DNA from: Nitrosopumilus sp.
GTDB lineage: Archaea; Thermoproteota; Nitrososphaeria; Nitrososphaerales; Nitrosopumilaceae
Reading direction: 5' to 3'
Length of the DNA stretch: 64,000 bases
Assembly (NCBI GenBank): GCA_965207445.1
Contig: CBDBLX010000002.1
Coordinates: 1,975,849-2,039,848, forward strand
The translations under genes were made by a program, and so were the position numbers. This document shows, one piece after another, positions 9,613 to 20,368 of this stretch. The notes under the pieces were generated by a model that saw only the letters and a list, made by a program, of their open reading frames with translations, was not told the origin of the DNA and made no database searches. Position 1 is the first letter of the stretch. Each line of letters starts with the position of its first letter.

Positions 9613-9858
9613 TTATTGTTGATCTTCAGAGTCAAGTATCGAGACCATTAATATATTATCACCGCGCAACAGTACAGAATCAAGTTTGTCAGAAACAACA
9701 CTGCCATCTTGCAACGTCTGACTGACAGAATCAAGTTTCATAGTCATATGTATATCAAAATCTCGCAACACACCCCTAACTACATTACCATTTCGCAATT
9801 TTATCATTAGCCTGTGATCTTTTTGACTCTCAAGTAGTGCAGTTATATCATCAGTCAA
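9613..9858 (-). CDS. Sm-like (LSm) RNA-binding protein
   Basis: Sm1 IKLRNG..VRGVLRDFDIHMTMKL and Sm2 VLLRGDNI motifs. Confidence 0.92.
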   Translation of the reverse strand: MTDDITALLESQKDHRLMIKLRNGNVVRGVLRDFDIHMTMKLDSVSQTLQDGSVVSDKLDSVLLRGDNILMVSILDSEDQQ

Positions 9859-9898
9859 TCAATCATCACACTACCATGTAACTCAAAAACAACAATAA

Positions 9899-12800
9899 TT
9901 ACCGTTTCTTGCTCACCTGCATGTACAAATCCACAGTACCGCTTCCAATCGGTATGTTACTACCCACAATAACATTTTCTGTAATTCCCTTTAATTGCTC
10001 AATCTCACCACCCAATGCAGCGTGTGCAATTGTAGGTACAGTAATCTCAAATGCTGCGCGTGCAAGCACACTATCCTTTGTACCGGCAATGCCGTGTCGT
10101 CCAATCTGCTGCAAATAACCCCTAGAACACATCAAATCAGATACAAGCATGATATAACGATTATCAACCTCCAAACCTTGGTCTTCTAGTGTATTTTGTA
10201 GCTCAATTATTAGCGCATTTCGTGCAGCCTCAATACCAAGTGTCCCTGCAATATCAAATACATTATTAGTTCTAACTTTACGTTTGTTCACACCATCGAC
10301 TTTTAACAAATCAGACATATTAGAGCCAGTAGTCTGTATAATCCACTCACCACTCTTTTGCACCAAAGATACTCGCTCAACATCAGGCACACCCTTTACA
10401 GTCACCTTTCGTATCTTGTTTCGTAATTCAATTACCTTTTCAGTATTTGACTCTTCAACCAATTTTAAAACAAGCATATTTGCAGTAGTTTCGATCTTGA
10501 ATTTTTTGTTAGATGACAATACTGCCTCTACATCACCAATAGAACATCCACGAGATGCCATCTTTTGCTCATTGAGCACTAGTCTGATCTGAGTCAGATA
10601 ATCAGTGTCATGAGTCTCAAGTATATCATCTATTTTAGTTTGTAGTACATTCTTTGCTACCTCAATTGCACCCTCCCGTGAGTTTTTGTTCTCATCATCA
10701 AGATAGATATCCATAGTAGGCGTTACAGGCTTTTTACGAGCATCAACTAACTCTATGAGTCGTGGTAGACCCAGCGTGACGTTACGTTCTCTGATTCCTG
10801 CAAAGTGAAACGTTCGAAGCGTCATCTGTGTACCAGGCTCACCTATTGACTGTGCAGTTACGATACCAACTGCCTGTCCTGGCTCTACTTTGGCATTATT
10901 ATACAACATCAATCCCTTTTTACATACATCTTCTGCTCCAGATTTGCTCAGACCAGAACTATACAGTGCATCAGATACGAGTGATTTTAAACGTGGATTA
11001 AACGTCTTTGTATACTTTGCAATCAATGCTTCCAACTCTGACTTTTTGGCCTTGGCTCCAGTATCAACAATAGTCTGAGATTCAGTCAGCCTATGTGCGT
11101 TGAATGCCTCACCATGATCACTCTTTGCCACATCAATACCATCCTCACCATATAGGAACTGTATAATATGACCATGCGGATCCCTGACAGTACCATCATA
11201 CTCTAGTCGGATATGCTCAAGTGCATTTATGAGTCGACGCTGCATATATCCACTTTGTTGTGTACGAACAGCAGTGTCCACCAGCCCTTCACGTCCACCC
11301 ATTGCATGAAAGAAGAACTCTAGTGCAGAGAGTCCGTCTCTATAATTTGATTTGACAAATCCGTGTGCATCAGGATTGTTGTCATGACGTCTAAAGTGAG
11401 GCAATGCCCTATCACTATACCCGTCATTGAGTCTATTCCCACGCCTAGACTGTTGTCCCAAAGCACCTGCCATCTGTCCTACATTAAGTGACGAGCCACG
11501 AGCACCCGTAGTTGCCATTATCTTTCCAGCATTATCAGGTGCAAGTGAGTCATTTGCAGAAGAACCAGCACGATCACGTGCCTTGCCAAGCTCATTTACG
11601 ATATAGGCCTCAAGTGCCTCTTCAGGCTTCATGCCGCGAGTGACCTTTAAGGTACCATCGTTGTACTGATCAATGAAATCACTTACAGTACCATACGTCT
11701 GCTCTATATCACTCAATATGTTCTGACGGTCATCCTCAGGTACCTCCAAATCTCCCAACCCATAGCTAAATCCATAATGAGTGATAAACTGCTTTACCAT
11801 AATCAAAATAGAGTTCAAAAACTGCTTGCCAGTCTCATTGCCATAATCTTTGGCAATTCTATGCAACACACTCTCTGGCTCTTCTGCACCAATAGAGGTC
11901 TTGTCAATAACACCGCTTATCAACTCACCATTCTTAATCACAACATCATTTTGCTTGCCCTTTGTGCCTTTTGACCACTTTGAGGTCATGACATAATTAA
12001 AGTCTCGAGGCAAAAATAGTGAAAACAACTGCTTGCCAGTATACATCGAAGTCTTTTTGCCATCTGAGGTCTTTATGTTATCAACGGGTTTTGGTAATTT
12101 TCCTGTATAACCACCTAACATTGCAAGATTTGAGAATTCTTGTTTTGTGAGTAGTGTGTCGTCTTTTGTCATCAGATACGCGCCAGTCACAAAATCCCTC
12201 AGAGCTCCAATTATAGGACCGCCATATCTAGGGGATATCAATTGGTCTTGAACTCTCATTAATAGTATGGCCTCAGCACGTGCCTCTTCGCTCTGGGGCA
12301 CATGAAGATTCATTTCATCACCATCAAAATCAGCATTATATGGTGGACACACAGAAGGATGTAATCTGAACGTCTTACCAGGTAACACCTTTACATAATG
12401 TGCCATTATTGACATTTGGTGTAGCGACGGCTGCCTGTTGAACATTACGATATCACCATCAGACAAGTGACGCTCTACTCTGAATCCACGCTCCAAAGAT
12501 TCTGCAATTCCACTACGATCATCAACAAAGTCAAGTCGTATCTTTACTCCATCAGGTCTTACAATATAGTTAACACCAGGAAACTTTTCAGGGCCATTTA
12601 TAACCAGTTTACGTATATTCTCAATGTTCCATTCTGTGACTATTTCAGGTATTGTAAGCTTCATAGCAACACTCTCAGGAACTCCTACCTCCGATAGATC
12701 CAGATTCGGATCAGGGGATATTACAGTACGACTTGAAAAGTCCACACGTTTACCTGACAATGAGCCTCTAAACCTCCCCTCTTTTCCCTTTAGGCGTTGT

Positions 12801-13705
12801 GTTAGTGTCTTCAATGGTCTACCAGAGCGATGGTGTGCTTGCGGGATGCCAGACACCTCATTATCAAAGTATGTAGTAACATGATACTGCAACAAGTCTA
12901 CTAAATCTTGTACGATAAGTGGTGGCGTACCTGCCTCTTTGCTCTCTTTGAGTCGCTGATTTACTCTGATTATATCGACCATCTTGTGAGTCAGGTCATC
13001 TTCTGATCGTATACCAGTCTCCAAGATTATTGATGGTCTTACAGTAACTGGCGGTACAGGTAGTGCCTGCAATACAAACCATTCTGGGCGTGCAGTAGCA
13101 GGGTCATATGATAATAGTTCCAAATCCTCATCAGGTATCTGTGAGAATCGCTCACGAATTGTAATTGGTAATAGTCTGTGCTCACCTATCTCAGTCTTTT
13201 CGACAAAGATTGTAGGCTTTGTAAATATAAGGTCATACTGGGCCTTGCCACAATGTGGACATTCTTTTGCCTTGCGAGCTTTTTCAATTATTCTCTCAGG
13301 AATTCTTTTTTGGGACACTACAGTGTGTGCTGCATTTTTGAGTTTTATTGCCCTGTATGCATCTAGCTCTTCTTGTGGAACCTTTAATCGCCCGCAAGAA
13401 CGGCATGTTGACAGCAGTAATTTGTGAATATTATCAATAAATGCAATATGTAGTACAGGTTCTGCTAGTTCGATGTGCCCAAAGTGTCCAGGACATCTTG
13501 CAGCAGTATTTCCACATGTAAGGCATTTTTGTCCAGCCTCTAGTGTACCTAGTCTACCATCCATCAGTCCACCTTGAACCGGAAGACCATCCTCATCATA
13601 GGTCTCAGGGGCAGTAATTTCGGTCACAGAGTATTTACGCACCTCAGCAGGTGACCATACAGAAAAACGTATACCATCTATGATCTTTACAGTCTCAACT
13701 GACAT
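9899..13705 (-). CDS. rpoA: DNA-directed RNA polymerase subunit A (fused A'/A'', Rpo1)
   Basis: Catalytic NADFDGD, CPGHFGHIEL, SIGEPGTQMTLRTFH. Confidence 0.99.
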   Translation of the reverse strand: MSVETVKIIDGIRFSVWSPAEVRKYSVTEITAPETYDEDGLPVQGGLMDGRLGTLEAGQKCLTCGNTAARCPGHFGHIELAEPVLHIAFIDNIHKLLLSTCRSCGRLKVPQEELDAYRAIKLKNAAHTVVSQKRIPERIIEKARKAKECPHCGKAQYDLIFTKPTIFVEKTEIGEHRLLPITIRERFSQIPDEDLELLSYDPATARPEWFVLQALPVPPVTVRPSIILETGIRSEDDLTHKMVDIIRVNQRLKESKEAGTPPLIVQDLVDLLQYHVTTYFDNEVSGIPQAHHRSGRPLKTLTQRLKGKEGRFRGSLSGKRVDFSSRTVISPDPNLDLSEVGVPESVAMKLTIPEIVTEWNIENIRKLVINGPEKFPGVNYIVRPDGVKIRLDFVDDRSGIAESLERGFRVERHLSDGDIVMFNRQPSLHQMSIMAHYVKVLPGKTFRLHPSVCPPYNADFDGDEMNLHVPQSEEARAEAILLMRVQDQLISPRYGGPIIGALRDFVTGAYLMTKDDTLLTKQEFSNLAMLGGYTGKLPKPVDNIKTSDGKKTSMYTGKQLFSLFLPRDFNYVMTSKWSKGTKGKQNDVVIKNGELISGVIDKTSIGAEEPESVLHRIAKDYGNETGKQFLNSILIMVKQFITHYGFSYGLGDLEVPEDDRQNILSDIEQTYGTVSDFIDQYNDGTLKVTRGMKPEEALEAYIVNELGKARDRAGSSANDSLAPDNAGKIMATTGARGSSLNVGQMAGALGQQSRRGNRLNDGYSDRALPHFRRHDNNPDAHGFVKSNYRDGLSALEFFFHAMGGREGLVDTAVRTQQSGYMQRRLINALEHIRLEYDGTVRDPHGHIIQFLYGEDGIDVAKSDHGEAFNAHRLTESQTIVDTGAKAKKSELEALIAKYTKTFNPRLKSLVSDALYSSGLSKSGAEDVCKKGLMLYNNAKVEPGQAVGIVTAQSIGEPGTQMTLRTFHFAGIRERNVTLGLPRLIELVDARKKPVTPTMDIYLDDENKNSREGAIEVAKNVLQTKIDDILETHDTDYLTQIRLVLNEQKMASRGCSIGDVEAVLSSNKKFKIETTANMLVLKLVEESNTEKVIELRNKIRKVTVKGVPDVERVSLVQKSGEWIIQTTGSNMSDLLKVDGVNKRKVRTNNVFDIAGTLGIEAARNALIIELQNTLEDQGLEVDNRYIMLVSDLMCSRGYLQQIGRHGIAGTKDSVLARAAFEITVPTIAHAALGGEIEQLKGITENVIVGSNIPIGSGTVDLYMQVSKKR

Positions 13706-13706
13706 T

Positions 13707-16700
13707 TTACACCCTCTCCTTTATGAGTAGCCTAGGGGCTACATTTAGGCTCTGCATCTCTTGTAATAATAGTTTAAACGCATATGCAACTGATACTGAT
13801 GAGACCTTTGCCTTGTCACCACACACACGACACACATATTTGCGATGTCGTGCATCATAATACGCAACCAATCCACACCGCTCACACACAAACACATCAG
13901 ACTTGTCAGACTCATCTAAGAGTCTGTCCTTTAGTATCATAGATGCACCATACGCAATAAGACAGTCACGCTCCATCTCTCCGAATCGCAGTCCACCACC
14001 ACGTGCTCGTCCCTCTGTAGGTTGCTTTGTGAGCATCTGGACTTGTCCGCGTGCCCTTGCATGTATCTTATCAGATACCATATGGTGTAGTTTTTGATAA
14101 TATACAACACCCATAAACACATCAACTGGAAATGCTTGGCCTGTGCGCCCATCATACATGATCTCTTTGCCAGAGTACTTGAACCCATGAGCATCCATCA
14201 CCTCTTTGACCTCATCCATCTTTTCACCCACAAATGCAGAACCATCAAACCGTTTTCCACGCAGAGCAGCGGCTTTGCCACATATGGACTCCATCATCAT
14301 ACCAACTGTCATACGTGATGGAAATGCATGCGGGTTAATCAGCACATCAGGGGACATTCCTTGTGCAGTGTATGGAAGATCTTCGGCGTTTGCCAATATT
14401 CCCAAGACACCCTTTTGTCCATGACGGGATGCAAACTTGTCACCTATTTCAGGAATTCTCATATCACGTACGCGTATCTTGTACATGCGGCCACCTTCAT
14501 TTGACTGAGTCATTACAACAGTATCCACAACACCATTCTCAGACGGCCTAACACCAACTGATGTGTCGCGTCTAAATTCACCACTAGAACCAAACTCACC
14601 TCTAAACTCTTCCATAAATCTAGGTGGAGATGACTTTGCAATCAAGATATCACCACCCTTTACTGTAGATTCAGTAGATATCACTCCATCATCTTCCAAC
14701 AAACGATATGCCCGAGAACCCTTGTATCCACGCAAGTTGTCATCCTCACTTGGAATCTCAAACTTGTCTCGTGCACCACCAGGGTACTGTTTTGCCTCTG
14801 CATCATATATACGGTAAAAGAATGTGCGTCCGAGTCCTCTATCAACTGAAGCCTTGTTCAGTACAATGGCATCTTCAATATTATATCCATCAAATGGCAA
14901 GACTGCAACCACACAATTCTGCCCTGCAGGTCTATCCTCCAATCCAAGTAGCTTCATAGCCTTTGTGTTCACTATTGGAGACTGTGGATAAAGCATAAAA
15001 TGCTGTCTTACATATGTGCTCGTATTCATCATAGGTGTTGAAAAACCCAATGACTGTTTTGCCATGGCAGACTCGTATGTATTCCTTGGGGATTGGTTGT
15101 GTTCAGGATATGGTATTATAGATGCACCCGCACCTAGTATCGCAGATGGGAATACCTCTAGGTGAGTATGTTGTTTAGTTGCACCATCTTCATTCATCGT
15201 AATGTAACAGTTCTCCTCTTCGTTTGCATCAATGAGTTCTAGTACACCATCTTGTAATAGATCAGTCCAGTTTTTGATACGTTTTGTAACCTTTTCTAGT
15301 AATTCAGATGAGAGTCTAGACTTGCCATTCTCAACTACTACAAGTGGACGCAATACACGACCTGCATTGCAATTTACATACAGCCGCTTTGTTGCATCAT
15401 CCACAGAAGACTCTTGGAAAGACACGCCGATATGAGGGTGAATCTTTGTACTTCGTCGCTGTATGCGCATATTGTTTGCAAGATCAGCGCCATCTTTTAC
15501 ATAACCTATCAATCGGCCATCAACAAACACACGTGTTCCACGTTTTAGATCATCTTTTGCATCGAAAAAGTGAACAACACCCATATCGTATAGTTTCTGC
15601 ACAATATCTTCAGAAGGTACATTGATCGAGATTATACCAGACAAAGCGAGATTCTTTACCAGTCCACAGTTTGAGCCTTCTGGAGTCTCACTAGGACATA
15701 TGCGGCCAAAGTGCGTAGAGTGAAGATCTCTTGCCTCAAAGTTTGGCTGTGTGCGACTCAACGGAGATTGAATACGACGTAGATGACTGATCGTAGACAA
15801 GTAGTTGGTACGATCTAATAGTTGCGTGACACCAACTCTTCCCCTACCCCAATTGCCAGTAGCAATGGCATTATTTAGCTTGTCAGAGATTATACCAGGT
15901 CGTATTGCAGCAGCTACGGCGTTGATGCCGCGCTTTTGTCCTGAGCGTTCTAGCTGGTACTTCATATCACGAATAAGGTTCTTAAATGCAGTTCTAAAGA
16001 GATCAGCTAACATTTGACCAGCAAACTTTATCACTTTGTTGCCATAGTGATCCTTGTCATCAGGTGTGATCCATCCGAGTCGAAGTTCCAATAGTTTGCA
16101 TGCTGCCTCACCAAGAAATTGTGCCTTTTCTTTGCGATGCTCCGGATGCTTGCCCAAGTGCGGTAATAGACCCCAGTCAAGTAGTGTCTCGGCGCGTTTG
16201 ATTTGAAACTCTTCGAGCATGCCAGGTGCAATACGTTTACTTATATACACAATTGCATCTTTTGATGTGGATACATCACCAGACTTTTCAAAAGAGACCT
16301 CTAGTTCATCTTGTATAGTATCGACCAAAGATACAACACTTGCAATGTCTTTATCAGATTCCAAACCCAATGCCCGCATCAAAGTGACTACGGGTATATC
16401 AACAGGTGAGCCAGGTATACGTGCTACAATCAATCCATCATTTTTCATTACCAATTCTAGTTTTGCCCTATAACCGACTATTGAAGAGTAGACTTTGGCC
16501 TTGTATACAATATTACCACTTAAAATCTCCTTGTCAACGATAATCTTGTTGTATGAGAGGTCTTCTAGTCCAACTATAACACGCTCAGACCCATTTATGA
16601 TAAAATACCCACCAGGGTCATTTTTGTCCTCACCTTTTTCTACCAATTTTTTATCACTACAGTTACGTAGTATACACTTTGAGGATTTGATCATAACAGG

Positions 16701-17057
16701 TATGTCCCCAACATGGATAAACCTCGATTCAAGTATCTTGTTATCCTCTACCACCTTTGCTTCCACATACATGGGGGCAGCATACGAGACGTTTCGCAGA
16801 CGTGCCTCTCCAGGTGAGATATGGGTTATAGAACCATCTAGCTCCATCATACGTGGTTTTTCTATCTTTACCTTTCCTAGTTGGATTTTGTAAGGATATT
16901 CGGCATTCTCTATATCAATATGATCAGTCTCATCTATTATACTCTGCAGACCAATATCAAAAAATTCATCAAAAGAGTTAAGATGTTGACGTGCTATACC
17001 TTCACGTTTGAGAATATCCTCAATTATGGGCCATCGCTTTACAGACGGGTCAGCCAT
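13707..17057 (-). CDS. rpoB: DNA-directed RNA polymerase subunit B (Rpo2)
   Basis: GDKFASRHGQKG, GGLRFGEMERD, C-terminal zinc ribbon. Confidence 0.99.
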   Translation of the reverse strand: MADPSVKRWPIIEDILKREGIARQHLNSFDEFFDIGLQSIIDETDHIDIENAEYPYKIQLGKVKIEKPRMMELDGSITHISPGEARLRNVSYAAPMYVEAKVVEDNKILESRFIHVGDIPVMIKSSKCILRNCSDKKLVEKGEDKNDPGGYFIINGSERVIVGLEDLSYNKIIVDKEILSGNIVYKAKVYSSIVGYRAKLELVMKNDGLIVARIPGSPVDIPVVTLMRALGLESDKDIASVVSLVDTIQDELEVSFEKSGDVSTSKDAIVYISKRIAPGMLEEFQIKRAETLLDWGLLPHLGKHPEHRKEKAQFLGEAACKLLELRLGWITPDDKDHYGNKVIKFAGQMLADLFRTAFKNLIRDMKYQLERSGQKRGINAVAAAIRPGIISDKLNNAIATGNWGRGRVGVTQLLDRTNYLSTISHLRRIQSPLSRTQPNFEARDLHSTHFGRICPSETPEGSNCGLVKNLALSGIISINVPSEDIVQKLYDMGVVHFFDAKDDLKRGTRVFVDGRLIGYVKDGADLANNMRIQRRSTKIHPHIGVSFQESSVDDATKRLYVNCNAGRVLRPLVVVENGKSRLSSELLEKVTKRIKNWTDLLQDGVLELIDANEEENCYITMNEDGATKQHTHLEVFPSAILGAGASIIPYPEHNQSPRNTYESAMAKQSLGFSTPMMNTSTYVRQHFMLYPQSPIVNTKAMKLLGLEDRPAGQNCVVAVLPFDGYNIEDAIVLNKASVDRGLGRTFFYRIYDAEAKQYPGGARDKFEIPSEDDNLRGYKGSRAYRLLEDDGVISTESTVKGGDILIAKSSPPRFMEEFRGEFGSSGEFRRDTSVGVRPSENGVVDTVVMTQSNEGGRMYKIRVRDMRIPEIGDKFASRHGQKGVLGILANAEDLPYTAQGMSPDVLINPHAFPSRMTVGMMMESICGKAAALRGKRFDGSAFVGEKMDEVKEVMDAHGFKYSGKEIMYDGRTGQAFPVDVFMGVVYYQKLHHMVSDKIHARARGQVQMLTKQPTEGRARGGGLRFGEMERDCLIAYGASMILKDRLLDESDKSDVFVCERCGLVAYYDARHRKYVCRVCGDKAKVSSVSVAYAFKLLLQEMQSLNVAPRLLIKERV

Positions 17058-17308
17058 TATTCATCCACCACATACCTATAATAGATACTATGACCAGCAG
17101 TAGGGCTAGTCCTTGTAATTTTAATCATATCACCTGGCTTTACTCCAAGCCCAACAATAGCGCGATCAGTTGCAAATATGAGGGGCAGTTCTGTAGGCTG
17201 GCAGTTGTACTGTTCTAGTACTTTTTCTGCCTCTTCTTTTGATATTATCTCATGCTTTGGAACCAAATCATGATCAGGTACCAATATAGGTATTCTTTTG
17301 CCTGTTAT
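17057..17308 (-). CDS. rpoH: DNA-directed RNA polymerase subunit H (Rpo5)
   Basis: HDLVPKHEII, LPLI, GDMIKITRTSPTAG. The track start is TTG 17284; the SD position favours ATA at 17308. Confidence 0.96.
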   Translation of the reverse strand: MTGKRIPILVPDHDLVPKHEIISKEEAEKVLEQYNCQPTELPLIFATDRAIVGLGVKPGDMIKITRTSPTAGHSIYYRYVVDE

Positions 17309-17405
17309 AATCTACACCTCCCGTAAATACCACTCAAGTAATTATTTGTATACAAACAGTCGACACTCTTGTAGAGACTAATATATATCTAGACAGCGAT
17401 AATTG

Positions 17406-17503
17406 GTAACCGTTCAGGTAAGCGTTCACCAACTCATTCTCAAGTTTAGACACAGATTCATCGCCTAACTTTTAGTACAGGTAACCGTGGGTTGAACGGT
17501 TAC
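17406..17503 (-). mobile_element. MITE family A copy with intact TIRs and 8-bp TSD
   Basis: GTAACCGTTCA...TGAACGGTTAC flanked by GATAATTG at 17398-17405 and 17504-17511. Confidence 0.88.
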
Positions 17504-17708
17504 GATAATTGCGTCATCACTTTGACACAACATAAAAATAAAATGCAGACATACAGTATGCAGACATACAGTATGCAGACATGATAATCAGACATATAGT
17601 GATCAACACACATCCTTCAAATATACACAAAACAACTATATATGTACAATGAGTAATTTGGGAAACTTTTCACAAGGTTAAATAGTCAATTTATAAGACT
17701 AAAGGTAT

Positions 17709-18673
17709 ATGAAATCCCAACTTTCGGTGTTTGCATTATCTGCAATTTTAGTAGCTAGTCTTAGCACAGCACCGATATACGGACAAATGATGGATGGCAT
17801 GCCCATAAATGCTCCAATTGTTGTTTCCACGGACAAGTCAACGTATGAGACAGGCGACAAAATAGTGATAAACGGCAAAGTAGCAAGAGCAGGAGACGGA
17901 TTTGAGACAGATTGTTGTTTCCACGGACAAGTCAACGTATGAGACAGGCGACAAAATAGTGATAAACGGCAAAGTAGCAAGAGCAGGAGACGGAGCTGTC
18001 ACCATACAGATAGTTGGACCAGATGATTCTCAGAACCGTGTGGGTATCAATCAGGTAAACGTTGTTGCAGTTTGTTGCAGGGGGACCGTTGATGAGTCGT
18101 GACGGTACATATACAGTAAAGGCGCAATATGGTTCGTCTGCAATATCAGAGGCCACTGCAACCTTTGAACTGATTGTAGGTGAGATGCCACCGGACACAA
18201 CACCAGAGACAGAAGAACCACAATCACCAAATAGTAACATAGGAGAAGACACCATTACAATTGATGATGTTGATGACACCATAAGTTATGAGATAAATGG
18301 TGGAAGAATACTCAGTGTTGTACCTGATGTCGAGTCCAAATCATTGGTCATAACCATAGAGACGACAAGTGACGGAGATCTGACAATGACCATACCAAGA
18401 ACAATATTAGACGCCAAGGTCAATGACAGTGACGAAGACGATGATTTGTTTGTTCTAGTAGATCTAGAAGAGGCAATATTTGATGAGACAAGAACCGATG
18501 TGGATAGAACTGTGACAGTCGAGTTTGCGCACGGAGCCGAAGAGATCGAGATAATCGGTACATGGGTAATTCCTGAATTCGGTGTAATTGCGGTCATGAT
18601 TCTTGCAGTAGCAATAATCTCAATTATTGCCATATCGTCAAGAACAAGACTAAGTATAGTTCCAAGAATTTGA
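17709..18673 (+). pseudogene. PEFG-CTERM surface protein disrupted by an 84-bp duplication and a second frameshift
   Basis: Signal peptide at 17709, fragments in three ORFs, C-terminal VIPEFG-TM-basic tail. Confidence 0.8.
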
Positions 18674-18991
18674 CCACATTTTTTATTTTTAATTTGATTG
18701 CCACTAGGTAAAGCCTATGCATGATATAATCATGCATATATAAAAATAAAATAATTCATTGTAACATAAAAGGAGTAAAATAAAATGCATATTCACAACA
18801 CAGATTATAATTTAATGTATAGTTTGCATAATTGAAATGTATTGTTATTTGATTTTGAAAATATCACTCAGACTAAATTAAACAATGCCGTAAGTTTGAC
18901 ATATATGTTAAATATGTATAGATAATATGTATAGATAATTATGTTCTCATGCACACACATAAAGCATTTAGTCTACTTGAGATGGGATGTC

Positions 18992-19086
18992 TAAGATATG
19001 ATGTTTAAGATATGATGTTTAAGATATGATGTTTAAGATATGATGTTTAAGATATGATGTTTAAGATATGATGTTTAAGATATGAT
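18992..19086. repeat. Minisatellite (TAAGATATGATGTT) x6.8
   Basis: 14-bp perfect unit in the intergenic region of the PEFG cluster. Confidence 0.95.
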
Positions 19087-19457
19087 TTGTAGCGCAAGTG
19101 AATCATGCATCACATGACACAATACAAACACACTAAAAAATACACTAATTAAATATGCTCAAATATAAAAAAGAAGAATGGTACAGAATATTTTAATCAA
19201 GGTGGCGATATTTTTGAAAAATAGATCAAAAATTAGATATGGCAAAGTTCAGGAAGTTTCATTTTACTAAATTATCACAGTACTTTAGATGTATTATATC
19301 AAACATCAACTACGACAAAATACAAGTTTAAAATTTGCAAGAATGGTAAATTTTTAAAATTGAACTGAAATCGCTGTAAATCTCTGAAAATGTCACAGTT
19401 GCCAAGTTTGAATTATTGTTATAAATACATAAATAAGAACAAGAGTTCAGAGATTTA

Positions 19458-20330
19458 ATGAAAACACGATCATTAACATCTATAGCAGTAGTACTAGTTG
19501 CAATATCACTTGCAATGACAATGCCACTTAATGCATTTGCGCAAATCGGCAATCAACAAGGCATGGAGATGGTAGTAGTAGCAGAGGAGGGATCCAAGGT
19601 AATCACCGTTACGGGAACCATAGTAAAGACACTTCCAACAGATATTACATTCAAAGTCACTAGTCCCAATGGACTCAATACAGTTGCAATAGACCAGAAA
19701 ACACCAATTGACGGTACATTTGAGACTGTATTTACAATAGGTGAGAATTGGACAGAAGATGGAAGTTATCGAATTACAGCCACAAGTGGACCAGCACAAG
19801 ACAACTCACTATACACAATAACTCTACCAGTAATGGTAATTGGTGGCATGGCACAAGATACGATGCAATCAGACGGAAATTTGGAAAGATTGATAGTCTA
19901 TAAACCCATGACAGAACCCAATGCACCAACAGGAATCACAATAGAGGCAACAGGTGATGTAGGCTCAGACATAATCATGGTATCTGGCGATACTGACAAG
20001 TTGGGTGAGGATATCACTTTGAAAGTTATTGCACCAAACGGCAACATTGCAAGTGTAGAACAAGTGTCTCCTGAGCTAGACGGCACATATGGCGCTATTA
20101 TAACCACAGGTGGTGACTTTTGGAAAGAAGACGGCATGTACACTGTAACTGCACAACAAAATGATGATGAGTTGTATATGGCATCAGCACAGATAGAGAT
20201 TGCAGATGGGTTAGTTGTACCAGAGTTTGGTACGATTGCTGCCATGATTTTAGCAGTAGCTATAATCTCAATAATTGTTGTATCTGCACGATCAAGACTG
20301 AGTATAGTCCAAACAGCTACAACTCATTAA
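19458..20330 (+). CDS. PEFG-CTERM sorting-domain surface protein
   Basis: Signal peptide, two Ig-like repeats, VVPEFG-TM-RSR tail. T-rich tract follows. Confidence 0.9.
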   Translation: MKTRSLTSIAVVLVAISLAMTMPLNAFAQIGNQQGMEMVVVAEEGSKVITVTGTIVKTLPTDITFKVTSPNGLNTVAIDQKTPIDGTFETVFTIGENWTEDGSYRITATSGPAQDNSLYTITLPVMVIGGMAQDTMQSDGNLERLIVYKPMTEPNAPTGITIEATGDVGSDIIMVSGDTDKLGEDITLKVIAPNGNIASVEQVSPELDGTYGAIITTGGDFWKEDGMYTVTAQQNDDELYMASAQIEIADGLVVPEFGTIAAMILAVAIISIIVVSARSRLSIVQTATTH

Positions 20331-20368
20331 GCAATTTTTTATTTTTAAATACATAAATAGAGATACAT

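Noticed and set aside
9899..13705. Fused RpoA'/A'' as a novelty
   Set aside because: An unsplit subunit A is the normal state in Thaumarchaeota.
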